From an uncultured candidate division Zixibacteria bacterium (lineage in GTDB: Bacteria; Zixibacteria; MSB-5A5; GN15; FEB-12), in assembly GCA_963806185.1 (NCBI GenBank), contig CAWDXE010000001.1, positions 736,001 through 800,000 of the forward strand: a stretch of 64,000 nt of DNA, in the 5' to 3' direction. Under the pieces are notes generated by a model, which was not told where the DNA came from, made no database searches, and worked only from the letters and a program-made list of their open reading frames with translations. Shown one piece after another: positions 29,762-40,481 of this stretch (within the stretch, counting starts at the first letter, position 1; every line of letters starts with the position of its first letter). The translations under genes were made by a program, and so were the position numbers.

Positions 29762-30688
29762 TCAAACGGAGACTTTCGTTTTCGTCGGCAGGTTGAGTCC
29801 TGAGAGGACCAGACCGGCAAAGATGAACGATCCGCCGATGGCTCCCTGACGAGTGAACACTTCCCCTCCCACCGTCCAGGCAAAAATCGCGGCAAACACC
29901 GGTTCGAGCGCAAAAATCAGCGATACGCGAAGCGGTGAGGTGAGCTTCTGGGCAAACATTTGAATGACGAATGCGGACAGCGTCGGCAACAACGCCAGAA
30001 AGATCACCGCCCACCAGGTGGCACCATTCGCCACACCGAAAGACCTTCCGGTCGCGGCGCTCATGATGATACTGAAAACGCCTACCAGCAGAAACTGCTG
30101 ACAGCTTATCCGGATCGGGTCCAATCCCCCTTTCATGAACCTATCGGAGTACAGCAAGTGCAGCGCATACGTCATTGCGGAAATCAACGTCAGGGCATCG
30201 CCAAAATTTATCTCGCGCAACCCCCCGGTGAGCACCCATAGTCCGGACAGCGAAACGACTGACGCGATCAGCTCCATGACGGTGGGTCGCGACTTGAATA
30301 TGGTGATGAGGAAAATCGGCACGAACAGGACAAACAGACCGGTGATGAAACCGGAATTGGCGGCCGTCGTATATTTCAGCCCTACTGTCTGCGACGCATA
30401 CAGCCCCCACAGGATGACCGAGAGGGCCAGCCCTTTGCCGAAGTCTTTGAAGAGTGATTGACGTTTGATAATCAACCAGACCAGCAGCACCGAACCGGCC
30501 ATGAGAAAGCGGTAGCCAACCATGGTGATCGGATCGATTCCCGCAAGTGCACCTTTGACAATAACAAAGGTTGCTCCCCAGATCAGTGCTGCATAGAGCA
30601 ATCCGGCATCGGCCCACCATGCCAGTCGCCGATGGCGAGTATTGACCTGAGCATCAGTTACCATGTCGTCATTCAACTCTCCACTCAC
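29762..30688 (-). CDS. DMT/EamA family transporter
   Basis: IWGATF, QTVGLKYTTAANSGFIT, IFALEPVFA; about 10 TMs. Confidence 0.9.
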   Translation of the reverse strand: MSGELNDDMVTDAQVNTRHRRLAWWADAGLLYAALIWGATFVIVKGALAGIDPITMVGYRFLMAGSVLLVWLIIKRQSLFKDFGKGLALSVILWGLYASQTVGLKYTTAANSGFITGLFVLFVPIFLITIFKSRPTVMELIASVVSLSGLWVLTGGLREINFGDALTLISAMTYALHLLYSDRFMKGGLDPIRISCQQFLLVGVFSIIMSAATGRSFGVANGATWWAVIFLALLPTLSAFVIQMFAQKLTSPLRVSLIFALEPVFAAIFAWTVGGEVFTRQGAIGGSFIFAGLVLSGLNLPTKTKVSV

Positions 30689-30697
30689 AATCGCTGA

Positions 30698-32164
30698 TTA
30701 TCCCCGCCGGCCGCCGAACAGTGATCCCAGAACTCCGCGTACCAGCGAGCGGCCCAACTGACTGCCGACCGATCGCATCGTGCTCTTGGCAAACGCCTCC
30801 ATCGACGTATCCGCCGTTCTCCCTCGGGAGGTCTGGCCCGCTCGACCGACCATACGCTCTGTTTCCGCCTCCGGCTCCTTCAGTGCCTGTTCCGCACGCA
30901 CCTTCAAAAGCTCGTAGGCCGACTCGCGATCGACACCCTTCTCATAGTGACCGAAGATTCCTGACTGTCCGATAATCTCCTGTCGTTGATCCGATGTGAT
31001 CGGGCCGATCTGACTGTATGGCGGCAACATGTAAGCCGCGTCGACAACTCCGGGACTGCCTTTATCGTCGAGAAACGACACCAGCGCCTCGCCGATCTCC
31101 AGCTCAGTGATCTTTCGTTCGACATCCAGTTTCGGATTGGTGCGAAATGTCTGAGCGGCCGCCTTCACCGCCTTCTGATCGCCGGGTGTGAACGCACGAA
31201 GGGCATGCTGTACTCGGTTGCCGAGTTGAGCGAGAACCGTCTCGGGAATATCCAGCGGATTCTGTGTGACAAAAAAGATCCCCACCCCTTTCGATCGGAT
31301 CAACCGCACCACCTGCTCGATCTTCTCGAGCAGTGGTTTCGGCGCATCCGTAAACAAGAGGTGCGCCTCGTCAAAGAAGAACACCAGCTTCGGCTTGTCC
31401 ACGTCGCCTACTTCCGGCAACCGCTCAAACAACTCCGCCAACAACCAGAGTAGAAACGTGGAATACAACTTCGGCGACTGCATCAGCCTGTCCGCCGCCA
31501 GCACATTTACAATGCCTTGTCCCTTGGCGTCCGTCTGTATCAGATCATCGAGGTTGAGCGCCGGTTCACCGAAGAACTGATCCCCCCCTTGTTCCTCAAT
31601 TGCTACCAGACCGCGTTGAATCGCCCCGATACTTGCCGCTGAAATATTGCCATATTCAGTCGTGAACTGCTTGGCGTTCTCACCCGCATATTTGAGCATT
31701 GCCTGGAGATCCTTGAGATCGAGCAGGAGCAGTCCGTTGTCATCGGCAATCTTGAACACCAGACTCAAAACGCCGCTTTGAGTTTCGTTCAGATTTAGTA
31801 ATCGTGACAGTAGCAGCGGCCCCATGTCCGACACGGTGGCCCGCACCGGGTGCCCCTGCTTGCCGAAAAGGTCCCAGAACACAACTGTGCGACCGGCATA
31901 CTCATGCTGCGTGATGCCGAGTTTCTCCAACCGCGCGACAATCCTCGGCGATGCGGTACCCGGCTTACTGATGCCGGAAAAATCCCCTTTGACGTCAGCC
32001 ATGAATATCGGCACGCCGGCCTTGCTCAACCGCTCGGCCATCACTTGCATCGACACGGTCTTACCGGTTCCGGTTGCTCCGGCCACCAACCCGTGGCGGT
32101 TCACCATGTTCGTCAGCAGGACGATCTCACTCGCCCCTTTGGCAACAACAATTGGCTCTCTCAT
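30698..32164 (-). CDS. DUF853/YjgR HerA-like P-loop ATPase
   Basis: [43 protein letters not shown]. Confidence 0.93.
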   Translation of the reverse strand: MREPIVVAKGASEIVLLTNMVNRHGLVAGATGTGKTVSMQVMAERLSKAGVPIFMADVKGDFSGISKPGTASPRIVARLEKLGITQHEYAGRTVVFWDLFGKQGHPVRATVSDMGPLLLSRLLNLNETQSGVLSLVFKIADDNGLLLLDLKDLQAMLKYAGENAKQFTTEYGNISAASIGAIQRGLVAIEEQGGDQFFGEPALNLDDLIQTDAKGQGIVNVLAADRLMQSPKLYSTFLLWLLAELFERLPEVGDVDKPKLVFFFDEAHLLFTDAPKPLLEKIEQVVRLIRSKGVGIFFVTQNPLDIPETVLAQLGNRVQHALRAFTPGDQKAVKAAAQTFRTNPKLDVERKITELEIGEALVSFLDDKGSPGVVDAAYMLPPYSQIGPITSDQRQEIIGQSGIFGHYEKGVDRESAYELLKVRAEQALKEPEAETERMVGRAGQTSRGRTADTSMEAFAKSTMRSVGSQLGRSLVRGVLGSLFGGRRG

Positions 32165-32320
32165 GCTTCGCTCCCGATGTTACGGTATCAATGCCCTCAT
32201 GGTAATACGGTGGGCCGCCTACTGGCAAGCCGTTCACTCGTCGCGAGTCGATTTTCTGTATCTTTCTCCGGGTCTCGCACGTATACTAGCCTGATCTTTG
32301 AACGGAGGTGCCGCCAACCG

Positions 32321-33211
32321 TTGGTCACTGTCACAAACCTGAAGAAAAGCTACCCCGGAATCATTGCTGTCGATGATATCTCTTTTGAGATCCATCGGGG
32401 CGAGGTGTTTGGCCTGCTTGGTCCCAATGGGGCCGGCAAATCCACCACCATCAACATGATTGTGGGAGCTTTGGCCCCGGACAGCGGTACAATCGCCATT
32501 GATGGCGGAGGCGGCCCGGATAATCCCGACGTTCGCCGCAAGATCGGAACCGCGCCCCAGTCCCTCGCCATTTACGATGACCTTTCTGCCGAGGAGAATC
32601 TCTGCTTTTTCGGCCACCTGTACGGACTGTCAGGGAAGAAGCTCCACTCGCGTGTCGATGAGGTCCTCGACCTGGTTGCCCTAACCGACCGTCGCAAAGA
32701 CCGCGCGGCCAATTATTCCGGCGGCATGAAGCGCCGGCTCAACCTGGCTTGCGCCCTGGTACATGACCCACCCTTGCTGATGCTCGACGAACCCACGGTC
32801 GGCGTTGATCCGCAATCGCGTAATCTCCTTTTCGAGAAGATCGAATCGCTCCGGTCTCAGGGCCGCACTGTTCTCTACACGACGCACTACATGGAAGAGG
32901 CCCAGCGCCTGTGCGACCGGGTTGCCATCATCGACCATGGCCATATCCTCGATCTGGACACCGTCCCAAATCTGCTCAAACGCCATGGCGGCATGTCTAT
33001 GGTTGAGGCGGAATTTGAGACAGTGCCGCCAGCCGGCCTGTCATTGCCAGGCACACTCGAGGACCGCACGCTCCGTTTTGAATCCGCCACCCCGTTTGAA
33101 GAGATCGCCCGACTGACCACCTTGGGCGTTCCGTTCAGCCGGATCGAATTCCGCCGTCCCGACCTCGAAAACGTTTTCCTCAACCTGACCGGACGGAGGC
33201 TGCGCGACTGA
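32321..33211 (+). CDS. ABC-2 exporter ATP-binding protein; start uncertain
   Basis: [39 protein letters not shown]. Confidence 0.93.
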   Translation: MVTVTNLKKSYPGIIAVDDISFEIHRGEVFGLLGPNGAGKSTTINMIVGALAPDSGTIAIDGGGGPDNPDVRRKIGTAPQSLAIYDDLSAEENLCFFGHLYGLSGKKLHSRVDEVLDLVALTDRRKDRAANYSGGMKRRLNLACALVHDPPLLMLDEPTVGVDPQSRNLLFEKIESLRSQGRTVLYTTHYMEEAQRLCDRVAIIDHGHILDLDTVPNLLKRHGGMSMVEAEFETVPPAGLSLPGTLEDRTLRFESATPFEEIARLTTLGVPFSRIEFRRPDLENVFLNLTGRRLRD

Positions 33212-34488
33212 TGGGCACCATTTTTCATTTGGCCATGAAGGACCTGCGCATCCTCTGGCGTGACAAGTTCGGCCTCTTCTGGGTGCTGGCTTTTCCCCTT
33301 CTGATTGCACTCTTTTTCGGGGCCATCTTCTCGCAGGGCGATTCGGAAACGCGCAGCATGAATGTCGCCTTCATCGGCGACGACTCAGCCGGGGCACGTG
33401 ATTTTGAAGCCCAGCTTAGAAAATCGACAATACTGCAAGTTCGATCAATGCCGTTGGATTCGGCTCGGGGGCTTGTTTCGCGCGGCAAACTGGTGGCCTA
33501 CGTTTCCTATCGGGATACGGCGCAATCGCAGGGGACCTTCTGGCATTCCAGCCCGCCCGACATTTTGATTGGCATTGATCCCTCGCGCAAGGCGGAGTCG
33601 GAGTATCTGAAGGGTATCGTCACCCAATCGTATTTCGCCCGGATGCAGCAGACATTCAGTGATCCTTCAACGCTTCGTCGGAGCATGGCGAAGGATCGAA
33701 AATGGATTGATTCCGCTCCCGGCCTCGATAGCACCGAACGACGGATTTTCAGCCAGTTCTATGTCAGTCTCGATACGATGCTCGGCATGAGCGCCAACGA
33801 TACCGCCTCGGCCGCCGGTACGCCGGGCAAGTCACCGTTCGCCGAGCCGAATATTCGTGTCGAGCCGGTCACGCTCGCTGCGGTATGGCCCAAATCCAGT
33901 TGGGAAGTCACTTTCCCGCAGTCACTTCAGTGGGCGCTCATTGGCTGCGCCGCCGCTTTCGCCCTCTCCATCGTCACCGAACGCACGCGCGGTACCTACC
34001 ACCGCCTCCGTCTTGCCCCGCTCACCAGGGCCCAGATTCTGGCCGGCAAAGGGCTCGCCTGCTTCATTGCCTGCGTGACTGTCAGTGTGATCCTCCTGGC
34101 CATCGGCGTCTTCATTTTCAAAGTCCGCGTCGTCTCTCCCACCGGCCTGATTGCGGCCATGGTCAGTTCATCGTTGTGTTTCGTCGGACTCATGATGCTG
34201 ATTAGCGTCCTGGGCAAGACCGAGGCGGCCGTCTCCGGCGCCGGTTGGGCCATCATGCTGGTCTTCTCAATGACCGGCGGCGGCATGGTTCCGCTTATGG
34301 TGATGCCCAAGTGGATGCTGGCCTTGGGCAATATCAGCCCGATCAAATGGAGCATTCTCGCCTACGAGGGGGCGATCTGGCGCGGCTTCGGCCCGTCCGA
34401 TATGCTCCTGCCCATCGGCCTTCTGCTCGCCATCGGCACTGTCGGCTTTGTCGCCGGCACGGTCGTGCTCCGTCGCGCCGACCGCTAA
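33211..34488 (+). CDS. ABC-2 exporter permease
   Basis: KDLRILWRD; IVTERTRGT..RL..P; GGMVP; overlapping stop/start with the ATPase. Confidence 0.9.
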   Translation: MGTIFHLAMKDLRILWRDKFGLFWVLAFPLLIALFFGAIFSQGDSETRSMNVAFIGDDSAGARDFEAQLRKSTILQVRSMPLDSARGLVSRGKLVAYVSYRDTAQSQGTFWHSSPPDILIGIDPSRKAESEYLKGIVTQSYFARMQQTFSDPSTLRRSMAKDRKWIDSAPGLDSTERRIFSQFYVSLDTMLGMSANDTASAAGTPGKSPFAEPNIRVEPVTLAAVWPKSSWEVTFPQSLQWALIGCAAAFALSIVTERTRGTYHRLRLAPLTRAQILAGKGLACFIACVTVSVILLAIGVFIFKVRVVSPTGLIAAMVSSSLCFVGLMMLISVLGKTEAAVSGAGWAIMLVFSMTGGGMVPLMVMPKWMLALGNISPIKWSILAYEGAIWRGFGPSDMLLPIGLLLAIGTVGFVAGTVVLRRADR

Positions 34489-34647
34489 TACGGAGCTTGT
34501 CGATCCCTCTTGACGACTCTCTTGACCCCCTGCTGAACGTCTCGTATATTTCTACCGGCCTTCGCCTCCCGAAGGAACCACCCTCACTTTGCCGGTGTTG
34601 CGTCTCGTGTGAGTACCGTTCGGACTGAAAAATCGAAGGGAGTACCA

Positions 34648-35271
34648 ATGAACTTCTGGCGACCTCACATCACCCCTGCTTCCCCGCGTCTCTTCGGCAA
34701 TGACTTCCTCGAATTGCTTTCCCGGACCCACCCGGCCGTGGTGTTGATTATCTATCTCCCCGTGTCCGCCGGTTCGCTTTGGTACGGCCTGACGCACACG
34801 AATTTGTCCGCCCTGACTGTTTTCGGCCTGTTTCTGGTGGGGATGCCGACCTGGACGCTCACCGAGTACTGGCTCCATCGCGCGGTCATGCACTGGGTGC
34901 CCGATACCTCGTGGGGACCGCGCATGCATTTCTGGGTCCATGGCGTTCACCACGACTGGCCAAACGATCCCCTTCGCCTGGTCATGCCTCCGTCGATCAG
35001 CATTTCTCTTTGGTTTCTCTTTTTCGGTCTCTGGCGACTGGTGATGGGTCGTTACGCCTGGCCGTTTATGAGCGGCTTTACAATCGGCTACGTCATCTAC
35101 GATCTATCGCACTACTTCTTCCACCACTTCCGCCCCGGCGCCGCCTGGGTCAAAGCGTGGCAACGGCATCATTTACTGCACCACCACCACGACAAATACG
35201 ATCAACGGCATTTCGCGATTTCACTGCCGATCTGGGACAAGCTCTTCCGCACCCTCGGCCCGAGCCGGTGA
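34648..35271 (+). CDS. Fatty-acid hydroxylase/sterol desaturase family (FA2H/Scs7-like)
   Basis: His boxes EYWLHRAVMH, HGVHH, HYFFHH, HHLLHHH; DPLRLVMPP; upstream TTGACC-17-TATATT. Confidence 0.88.
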   Translation: MNFWRPHITPASPRLFGNDFLELLSRTHPAVVLIIYLPVSAGSLWYGLTHTNLSALTVFGLFLVGMPTWTLTEYWLHRAVMHWVPDTSWGPRMHFWVHGVHHDWPNDPLRLVMPPSISISLWFLFFGLWRLVMGRYAWPFMSGFTIGYVIYDLSHYFFHHFRPGAAWVKAWQRHHLLHHHHDKYDQRHFAISLPIWDKLFRTLGPSR

Positions 35272-35340
35272 GACCAATGTTCATGCCGCCGGCAGGACGC
35301 ACCGACGGTACGAACGTATGTGGGCCACTGAGCTGCTGGA

Positions 35341-37230
35341 TTATCGCCTCGTCAACATCAATGGTCGCTCAATGCGAGTCGAGATGACCGTGCCGTCTAC
35401 TCGCACTGCCCAATTGCCGTTGTCATTGCTCGCACTGACACTCAATATCGGACTCCGGCCGGGGACGTCATCCTGAACCCAGGCTTGGCCACCATCATCG
35501 GTATGATAAAGAAAGCCTTCCCGATCCCCCAACACGCCGTGCAGAGTATCCGCGAAGTCACCCAGCAAATATTCCAAACCATCCGGCAGGGGTAACGGCT
35601 CCCATGATGCGCCGCCGTCGCGAGTTCGGTATGCCGTGGTATTGTTTGAAAACGCAATACCGTTGGCGGAATCGAAGAACTGACACTTGGCGAGAAGTAG
35701 CGATGAAGAATGCAGGGAATCCGGGTTGGCAACCTTCGCCCAGGTATCGCCGCCGTCTGATGTGCGAAGTACCATTCCTTTCAGGCCCACCGCCCAGCCG
35801 TGATGCGAATCGCCGAAGCAGACGTCATATAAGCGTACGCCGGGTGTAGAGTGGGCGAGACTCCATGTCCTGCCGCCGTCTGCAGTCTTATAGACGGCGG
35901 TATTCGCGACGAGTAGACCCCGCTCGGTATCCGCGAAATCGATCGCGTCCGCGAGAGCAATTCCCAGATAACTCACACTGTCCCAGGTGCGACCACCATC
36001 GTTGGTACGATAGATGCAATTCCACGTCGATAACATCAGACCATTCGCGCGATCGACGAAATCGATCGACTTGAAGCCGGGAGGAACTGCGGCCTCCCAG
36101 GTTTCTCCCCCGGTGAGCGACATCATGGCTTCAAACTGGCCGGAGACCGCAACAAGATCGGGTGAAGCGACCTGCACCTGAAGCGGATTGCCAAACAGAA
36201 AACATGTCGAGAGCTCCCAGGTACGACCACCGTCGTCGGATCGACCGGTACAACCGTAGTCGCCCACGGCCACTACCGTAGTTGGCGAGAGAAACTGGAG
36301 GTCATAAATCCCGAAATATGTGTCGCCGTATGGCTCCCACGTTTCGCCTCCGTCTCTCGTAAGCATAATGGTACGTGATCCGGCAGCGATGCCCTCGCGC
36401 GGAGAGTCGAAGTGGAACGCACTATAGGCCTGGCCAAGTTTGTCCGCCGACCACGTCTGCCCACCATCAATGCTGCGAGTTAGAAAACCGCGATGTGTGG
36501 GGTCACCGCCTGACCAGATTGTTATTACCCCTCCCGCCAGAATCACGTCAGCGCTCAATGCTTGAATCGCCATTACATAGCGGTCGCCATCCAGCTTATG
36601 CAGACTCCAGGTCGCGCCACCGTCGTGCGTAGTCAGAATGATCGCTTCCTCTGTGCCCTTGTAGCCGGCCACGCAGCCGTCGCGTGGATTTGCAAATGAA
36701 ACTGCGGTGAGCAAGGCTGTGACGCCGGATTCCTGCCGCACCCAGCTACTACCACCATCTGTCGTATGGTAAATCTGGCCCGCATCGCCAACTATCCATC
36801 CTTCACGATCGTTCAGGAATGTGAGCCCGCGAAGGCCGGTCGCATTGAGACTGCCGCGGTGCCATCCGACATCGCCGAAGCCGCGCACAAACAGCCCAGC
36901 CGTCCCGGTAACCCAAATCGTGTGATTCGCATATTGCGCGGAATTCCAATTTCCGGACGCCGGTATAGAGTCCCAGACCCAATGCCTGCCACCGTCAATT
37001 GTGCGATACACCGTGCCTCCCGTACCCACGGCCCAACCGTGTGAGCTGTCGACAAACGCCACTCCACTTAGCGAGTTATCAGTCAGCGGTAGGTGCTGTG
37101 TCGACCAGTTGAATGGCTCAGATGAGAGATCTGGACGCGAACGGACCGGATTGTCACTTCCGCACCCAGCCGCGATTATGGCGAGCGCAACGATCATCAG
37201 AATCGTACGAATGCGTTTTTCCCTAACCAT
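35341..37230 (-). CDS. YCF48-like/BNR (Asp-box) repeat beta-propeller lipoprotein
   Basis: Lipobox IAAGC; about 12 (T/S)xDGGxTW repeats. Confidence 0.88.
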   Translation of the reverse strand: MVREKRIRTILMIVALAIIAAGCGSDNPVRSRPDLSSEPFNWSTQHLPLTDNSLSGVAFVDSSHGWAVGTGGTVYRTIDGGRHWVWDSIPASGNWNSAQYANHTIWVTGTAGLFVRGFGDVGWHRGSLNATGLRGLTFLNDREGWIVGDAGQIYHTTDGGSSWVRQESGVTALLTAVSFANPRDGCVAGYKGTEEAIILTTHDGGATWSLHKLDGDRYVMAIQALSADVILAGGVITIWSGGDPTHRGFLTRSIDGGQTWSADKLGQAYSAFHFDSPREGIAAGSRTIMLTRDGGETWEPYGDTYFGIYDLQFLSPTTVVAVGDYGCTGRSDDGGRTWELSTCFLFGNPLQVQVASPDLVAVSGQFEAMMSLTGGETWEAAVPPGFKSIDFVDRANGLMLSTWNCIYRTNDGGRTWDSVSYLGIALADAIDFADTERGLLVANTAVYKTADGGRTWSLAHSTPGVRLYDVCFGDSHHGWAVGLKGMVLRTSDGGDTWAKVANPDSLHSSSLLLAKCQFFDSANGIAFSNNTTAYRTRDGGASWEPLPLPDGLEYLLGDFADTLHGVLGDREGFLYHTDDGGQAWVQDDVPGRSPILSVSASNDNGNWAVRVDGTVISTRIERPLMLTRR

Positions 37231-37491
37231 GATTCACCTCCCCGACGGGGAAAACATAGATTCATGTATCTAATAGTAGGCATTGGAGGCAGCCAGGGCC
37301 ATGACTTTGTAGGCAATCGCCCTAGAATTGACAAGAATTACACTCTCCTCCGTCAGGAAATAGACGCTGCAAAATGTGGGATGTGTAACCTCCGTTAACT
37401 CGTTCGAACATATTACAATAGAGTGGAATGACAAGGCGACAAAAATACCCTACCATTCCGTACACGAAATCCGACCAAAAAATCTCCTATT

Positions 37492-37509
37492 TTGTTACTT
37501 TTTTCACAA
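37492..37509 (+). promoter_or_regulatory. Candidate Rex (NADH/NAD+ sensor) operator upstream of hemA
   Basis: TTGTTAC-TTTT-TTCACAA versus consensus TTGTGAA-N4-TTCACAA (2 mismatches). Confidence 0.5.
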
Positions 37510-37600
37510 AACATGACATTCAAATGACAATATAGACCGCGTAGGTCGTAAACTACCCTCAACAAAACGACAAAGATCGGCAAGGGATATTTTGGAGAGT

Positions 37601-38869
37601 ATGACAACCGGCGTAATCGGCACCTCGATCTGGCAGCAGAACATGCAACTGCTTGAACGGCTCACTATTGACCGTTCCCTCCGCCCGGCCGACCTGGCCC
37701 GGCTCCGGACTGCTCTCGATGTCGACGAACTGGTTTACCTCGCCACCTGCAACCGGGTCGAGTTCATCTACTCCGCCTCCAGCAACATGTCGAACCAGAA
37801 GCGCCTGCACCGCCTGATCGACTTCTTCTTCCGCGGACAGGCAAATATCCCCTTCTTCCCCAACGACTTCTATCATTTCACCGGCCGTGAGGCGATCACT
37901 CACCTCTTCCGTACCACTTCCTCGCTGGAATCCCTCGTTGTCGGCGAAACTCAGATTACCGGACAGATCAAACAGGCTTTGCAGGATGCTCAGCAGAACG
38001 GCCTTGTCGGCCCGCAGCTCGGCACCTTGATCAACGAAGCCCTGATGGTCGCCAAACGGGTAAAGCGTGACACCTCTATTGGAGTTGGAGCGTTGTCCAT
38101 GGCCTCGCTGGCCGCAATGGAACTGCGGGACCACCTTTGCACTGCTGACAATCCGGCTATCGCCCTCGTCGGATCCGGGGCGATGACCCAGAAACTGGCC
38201 AACTACCTGGTCGAGCATCGCTTCGCACGGCTTCTCTTTGTAAACCGTACGCTCGCCAATGTTACTGACCTGGCCGCGCAGTTTGGTTGTCCGGCGATTG
38301 CGCTCGACGATTTCAGGGCCAACCCGCCGCAAGTTGACGCCATCTTCTCGGCGACCGCCTCGGTCGACGCTGTCTTTGGCTCCGACTTCCTGGGCCGTCT
38401 TGCCGCACGCCCCAAACCAATCGTCTGTGTCGACCTCGCCGTCCCGCGCGATTTCAGTGTTGAATTCGCCGGCGACAGCAAAGTGTCGTATATCGATATC
38501 CCCCTGCTCAAGACTCGGGGCAACGTCAATCTCCGTCAGAAATTTGTCGAGGCCGGCAAAGCCAACGACATCGTACGCGACGCCGTCACGAAATTTCTGG
38601 CCGATCGCGTCGAGCTGTCCTTGAAACCGATCTTCCACGACAGCTACCAGGAATCGCTGGCCCTTGCTCAGCGTGCCCTTGACGACATGTTCGCCAAGAG
38701 CCTCCCCAACCTTGATGACGACGAAAAGCAGGCCCTCCACCGACTGGTATCAAAACTGGTCGGCAATGCGGCCTTTCAACCGGTAAAAATTCTCTCGGAT
38801 AAAATCGCGCAGTCTACGGGCGAACTGCATGTCACCAATCTTAAGAACATTCGCAAAGAAGCAGTGTAG
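37601..38869 (+). CDS. hemA: Glutamyl-tRNA reductase
   Basis: TCNRVE; SLESLVVGETQITGQ; VGSGAM; DLAVPRD. Confidence 0.93.
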   Translation: MTTGVIGTSIWQQNMQLLERLTIDRSLRPADLARLRTALDVDELVYLATCNRVEFIYSASSNMSNQKRLHRLIDFFFRGQANIPFFPNDFYHFTGREAITHLFRTTSSLESLVVGETQITGQIKQALQDAQQNGLVGPQLGTLINEALMVAKRVKRDTSIGVGALSMASLAAMELRDHLCTADNPAIALVGSGAMTQKLANYLVEHRFARLLFVNRTLANVTDLAAQFGCPAIALDDFRANPPQVDAIFSATASVDAVFGSDFLGRLAARPKPIVCVDLAVPRDFSVEFAGDSKVSYIDIPLLKTRGNVNLRQKFVEAGKANDIVRDAVTKFLADRVELSLKPIFHDSYQESLALAQRALDDMFAKSLPNLDDDEKQALHRLVSKLVGNAAFQPVKILSDKIAQSTGELHVTNLKNIRKEAV

Positions 38870-38877
38870 TTACCCGT

Positions 38878-39795
38878 ATGAACCTGACCATCGGCACGCG
38901 CGGGTCGGACCTCGCGCTCTATCAGTCAAAATTCATCCGTGATGTCCTCGTTAAGGATCACGGCTGCAATGTTGAAATCAAGATTATCAAGACTTCCGGC
39001 GACAGGATCGATACCGTTTCCTTCGATCAAATGGAAGGAAAGGGGTTCTTCACCAAAGAACTTGAAGATGCTCTGCTTGCCCGCGAGATCGATCTTGCCG
39101 TCCACTCCCTCAAAGACCTGATGACGACACAGCCCGACGGATTGAAACTGGGCGCTGCCGGCTATCGGGCCGATCGACGCGAACTTTTGTTGGTGCGGCA
39201 GGGGGCTCGCACCAACACTGGTTTGCTTCCGGTGAAGGCCGGCTCGATCATCGGCACCTCCGCCGCTCGTCGCAAGGCGCAAATCGCCTACCACCATCCG
39301 CAGCTGCAGATTCGCGACCTGCGCGGCAATGTGCCCACGCGCGTGAGCAAACTGCGCGACGGTCAGTTCGATGCCATTCTTATCGCCGCCGCCGGCATTC
39401 AACGATTAAATCTCGATTTGACCGGTCTTGATGCCATCCCACTCAATCCGGAGGCCTTCCTCCCCGCACCGGCGCAGGGAATTCTCGGTATTCAGATTCG
39501 CGACAACGATCCTGCGGTCGACGCCGTTATCAGCAAACTCGGCTCGCCCGCGGAATTTCGCCAGGCTCAGCTCGAACGCGGCCTGTTGACCATGTTCGGC
39601 TCCGGTTGTTCGCTGCCGCTCGGCGTCTATTCGCAGATGCTCGGCGACCGCATGCGCCTCAAGGCCGTTCTCGGAGTACGTGAACAGGATGCATGGCTTG
39701 GTCTCAAGCAGGTCGACGTTGTCGGCACCGACATTGACTCGATGCTCGCCATCGCCTTTTCCCAGCTGCAGGAGTGTGCTCCATGCCGCGCCTAG
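38878..39795 (+). CDS. hemC: Hydroxymethylbilane synthase
   Basis: IGTRGSDLA; GKGFFTKEL; AVHSLKD; RGNVPTR; GCSLP. Confidence 0.95.
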   Translation: MNLTIGTRGSDLALYQSKFIRDVLVKDHGCNVEIKIIKTSGDRIDTVSFDQMEGKGFFTKELEDALLAREIDLAVHSLKDLMTTQPDGLKLGAAGYRADRRELLLVRQGARTNTGLLPVKAGSIIGTSAARRKAQIAYHHPQLQIRDLRGNVPTRVSKLRDGQFDAILIAAAGIQRLNLDLTGLDAIPLNPEAFLPAPAQGILGIQIRDNDPAVDAVISKLGSPAEFRQAQLERGLLTMFGSGCSLPLGVYSQMLGDRMRLKAVLGVREQDAWLGLKQVDVVGTDIDSMLAIAFSQLQECAPCRA

Positions 39796-40481
39796 CTGTA
39801 ACCCGCACCTCCGAGCAGCTTGTTGATCTTACTGGCCGGGCCGCCGGGCGAGGTATTGAAATTGTCCCGCTCCCCGTTGTGGTGACACGACCCATTTCAT
39901 TTGAATGGCCTCGGACACTAAATGCCGATTCCGTGAGTTGGGTCCTGTTCTCATCCTCCAACGCCGTGCATGCTTTCTTTGACCGCCTGAATGTGCTGAC
40001 AATTACTCTGCCCGCCACCGTGCGTTTTGGCGCCATTGGTGACCGAACCGCGGCCGCTCTCAAGTCGTCCGGCAAATCCGTCGATTTCATGCCGTCCGAC
40101 GCTTACGGTCAGTTGCTGTTTGATGAGTTTCTCGATACGCAAATGCCCAAGGGTCAAATCGTGTACGCTCGCGCCCGCGAAATCAATTTCGATCCGCAGG
40201 AGCTCTTCGCGAAACAACATGTCGCGTATTGCCCGATCATCTGCTACGAAACGGTCTCGCAGCCGGTTGATCCTGAAATAGTTCATAGTCTGTCCTCCGA
40301 CGATTACATTTTGTTCACCGCACCGTCGGCTGTCCGCGCTTACCACGAACAATTCGGCAAACCGACAGCGAGACCGATCGCCATCGGCCGCACCACCGGC
40401 TCGGAAATGAGCCATCACGGCTGGGTCGGTGTGCACTGGATGAATAAGCCCGTCATCGAGCAAGTATTGGAGTACTTATAA
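39783..40481 (+). CDS. hemD: Uroporphyrinogen-III synthase
   Basis: AVTR, FSSSNAV, AIGDRTA, YET, FTAPSAV, IGRTT; lies between hemC and hemB. Confidence 0.85.
   Translation: MPRLAVTRTSEQLVDLTGRAAGRGIEIVPLPVVVTRPISFEWPRTLNADSVSWVLFSSSNAVHAFFDRLNVLTITLPATVRFGAIGDRTAAALKSSGKSVDFMPSDAYGQLLFDEFLDTQMPKGQIVYARAREINFDPQELFAKQHVAYCPIICYETVSQPVDPEIVHSLSSDDYILFTAPSAVRAYHEQFGKPTARPIAIGRTTGSEMSHHGWVGVHWMNKPVIEQVLEYL

Noticed and set aside
30698..32164. DUF853 HerA-like ATPase as part of an anti-phage system
   Set aside because: It is the widespread YjgR type, with no adjacent Sir2, NurA or nuclease partner; neighbours are transporters.
31850..32320. Long N-terminal extensions in the ORF track for the ABC ATPase (also hemN, phoU, ispG)
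   Set aside because: They overlap neighbouring genes or promoters; later starts fit RBS positions and family lengths better.
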